Below, in pieces: positions 62,401 to 64,000 of a DNA stretch of 64,000 bases (position 1 is its first letter; every line of letters begins with the position of its first letter). Made by a program: the position numbers and the translations under genes. Under the pieces are notes generated by a model. The model ran no database searches. It was not told the origin of the DNA and saw nothing but the letters and a program-made list of their open reading frames with translations. Source of the stretch: Takakia lepidozioides (taxonomy: Eukaryota > Plantae > Bryophyta); NCBI GenBank assembly GCA_030704615.1, contig CM060734.1, positions 39,990,001 through 40,054,000 on the forward strand, in the 5' to 3' direction.

Positions 62401-63190
62401 GTTTGAGCTTGAATTTTGAGGCCAACAATATTTGGGTTGCTGTCTAAGAGGTAGCCTAGTGAGTCTGCCACTATTAAAAATAGGAAAGGTGCCAGAGGGC
62501 ACCCCTGGTGGACTGATCGTTGGAGATCGAAGGGCTTCGAAAAGAATCCGTTTACCATAACCCTGCTTGAGGCGTTAATCAAAAGGATCTCCACCCATTT
62601 GCAATAATCCTGAGGACAAACAAAGGCCAGATTCTCAAAGTATAGCCTCTGCAAGGGAAACATGCCTACGTAGTCACCAAACAAAGCTCAGCCAAACCAC
62701 TGTAGCCTCTCTTGACGGGGATTTCACACAAACTGAATTATCCATGGCATTGGACCTTATGTCTAATTGCAAATCCCCTGGCTTTGACGGGATGCCAGCT
62801 GAATTTTACAAGGCTCTTTGGCAGGTTTTGTCCTCCGACTTCTGTAACATGGCCAATGAGATAAAGAGGCAAGGATCTATGCCCCAGCCAATGGCCCAAG
62901 GCATTATATCCTTACTCTTTAAGAAAGGGGATAGAAAGGTCATCTCCAATTACAGGCCGATTACATTACTCAATGTAAGCTACAAGATTATAAGCAAAAA
63001 CCCTTGCTTTGCGCCTTCAGCCTCTCCTCCCAAAGATCATCAGACCAGGTCAAGCGGGATTCATCAACGGTAGATATATATTGGACAACATCCTCCTCAC
63101 GCAAGAAACCCCCATCTATGCAGAAGCTACATCGCAGCCCATAGCTCTTATTAGACTTCGAAAAAGCCTTTGACAAAGTTGAATGGCCAA
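59480..63190 (-). mobile_element. L1-like LINE, 5'-truncated, with the 5' segment (about 62690-63190) inverted
   Basis: Minus strand: HQGCPLAPFLF, MFVDNTVLY (degenerate FADD), zf-RVT C..C...ESIEHCLLLC, AATAAA near 59560 and poly(A) near 59480-59537. Plus strand: KSPGFDG.PAEFYK, NYRPITLLN..YKI, QAGFI.GR, LDFEKAFDKVEW. Confidence 0.88.
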
Positions 63191-63299
63191 TGTTATTTGC
63201 AACACATAAAAACTGTTTTCTCTTTAGGTGAGTCATTTTTAAGACATCCGAGCTTCTTTTTTATTATTTTGGAAAATTGGAGAATTATTTCAAGAACGA

Positions 63300-63766
63300 A
63301 CCACTGAGTTAGTGTGAACCACTGATTGAATTGAATATCTGTAGTTGAAGCTTGTTTACAATTGATTTGTGACCACACCCATGCTTGGTAAATCCTACCA
63401 ACATTATATTCCACGTGATCAAAGATCGTTGAGGCATTCAGTTGAACACTTGGTGAGCATCCATGATGCTCCTGCACTTAACACATAGATGTTGACAAGG
63501 GCGTTGAGGAGAAAAACACTTCGCGTTATTCCACATTGGATAATGTGAGTGTGCATCTGCTTTCCAGCTTCGAGACCTTTCATCTTGATGCACTTAAGCA
63601 AGAGACAGACATACGTATCTGAATCTGCTGAAATGCCTCCTTGGGTTAAAGTCTGTAGAGCCTCTTTCAGTCTGCCTGCCTTACAAAGCATCTGCACATG
63701 CCCAGAAGTGCCAGAAGAGGCATTGTGGACTCCCTCTCTTGATCCTCTTTCAGAAGCTGTGGTCAT
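63300..63766 (-). pseudogene. PLS-class pentatricopeptide-repeat gene fragment
   Basis: LCKAGRLKEAL, DSDTYVCLLLKC...GKQMHTHII, VFLLNALVNIY/KCRSIMDAHQVF, TWNIMLVGFTKHG. Frameshifts near 63480 and 63435; stops after about three repeats. Confidence 0.8.
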
Positions 63767-64000
63767 GGTTGAGGTGTGTGCTGCTTGTGTCTGTAGTGAG
63801 GGAATGTCGGATTGGTCTGTGAGAACCACCACGGTGCAGCTGAGCAGGCAGAGATTGAAACACGGCCTGCTAAGACCAAACTGACTCTCCCAAGAACCTT
63901 GTAAACATGGGGAAGAATACCAAATCATGCTACTAACAGGAGCCAAGAGCCCACATTTGCAGGATGGACAAACTTCTTCACATCGTACATTAAGAAAAAG

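Overview
Eukaryotic land-plant genomic DNA, probably a non-seed plant (inference from PLS-class PPR fragments, GH5 and PLP-transferase host genes with GT-AG introns, and the element families). There are two intact-looking host genes: a secreted GH5 glycoside hydrolase running off the left edge, and an 8-exon, 1006-aa MoCo-sulfurase-like PLP-dependent transferase (47777-55579). A PPR pseudogene lies at the right edge. Most of 5-45 kb and 56-63 kb is a nest of mobile elements: a MULE/SWIM transposon with a convergent accessory gene, Ty3/gypsy pieces, a chromovirus, an LTR-like element carrying a PPR-derived ORF, an L1-like LINE with a twin-priming inversion, SINEs and MITEs. The standout is two different DNA methyltransferases in this nest. 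(1) A C5-cytosine methyltransferase lies in the pol reading frame of a Ty3/gypsy element (MTase-RT-RNaseH-integrase-PHD finger, 35288-40650). Its 3' end has an unusual split A-B-A terminal-repeat layout, which recurs in a second copy at 56.6-57.4 kb. (2) A spliced gene, hidden from the ORF track by three introns (21146-22677, minus), encodes a prokaryote-type beta-class N4C/N6A amino-methyltransferase. Both local copies are damaged. All calls are by eye; no searches were run.
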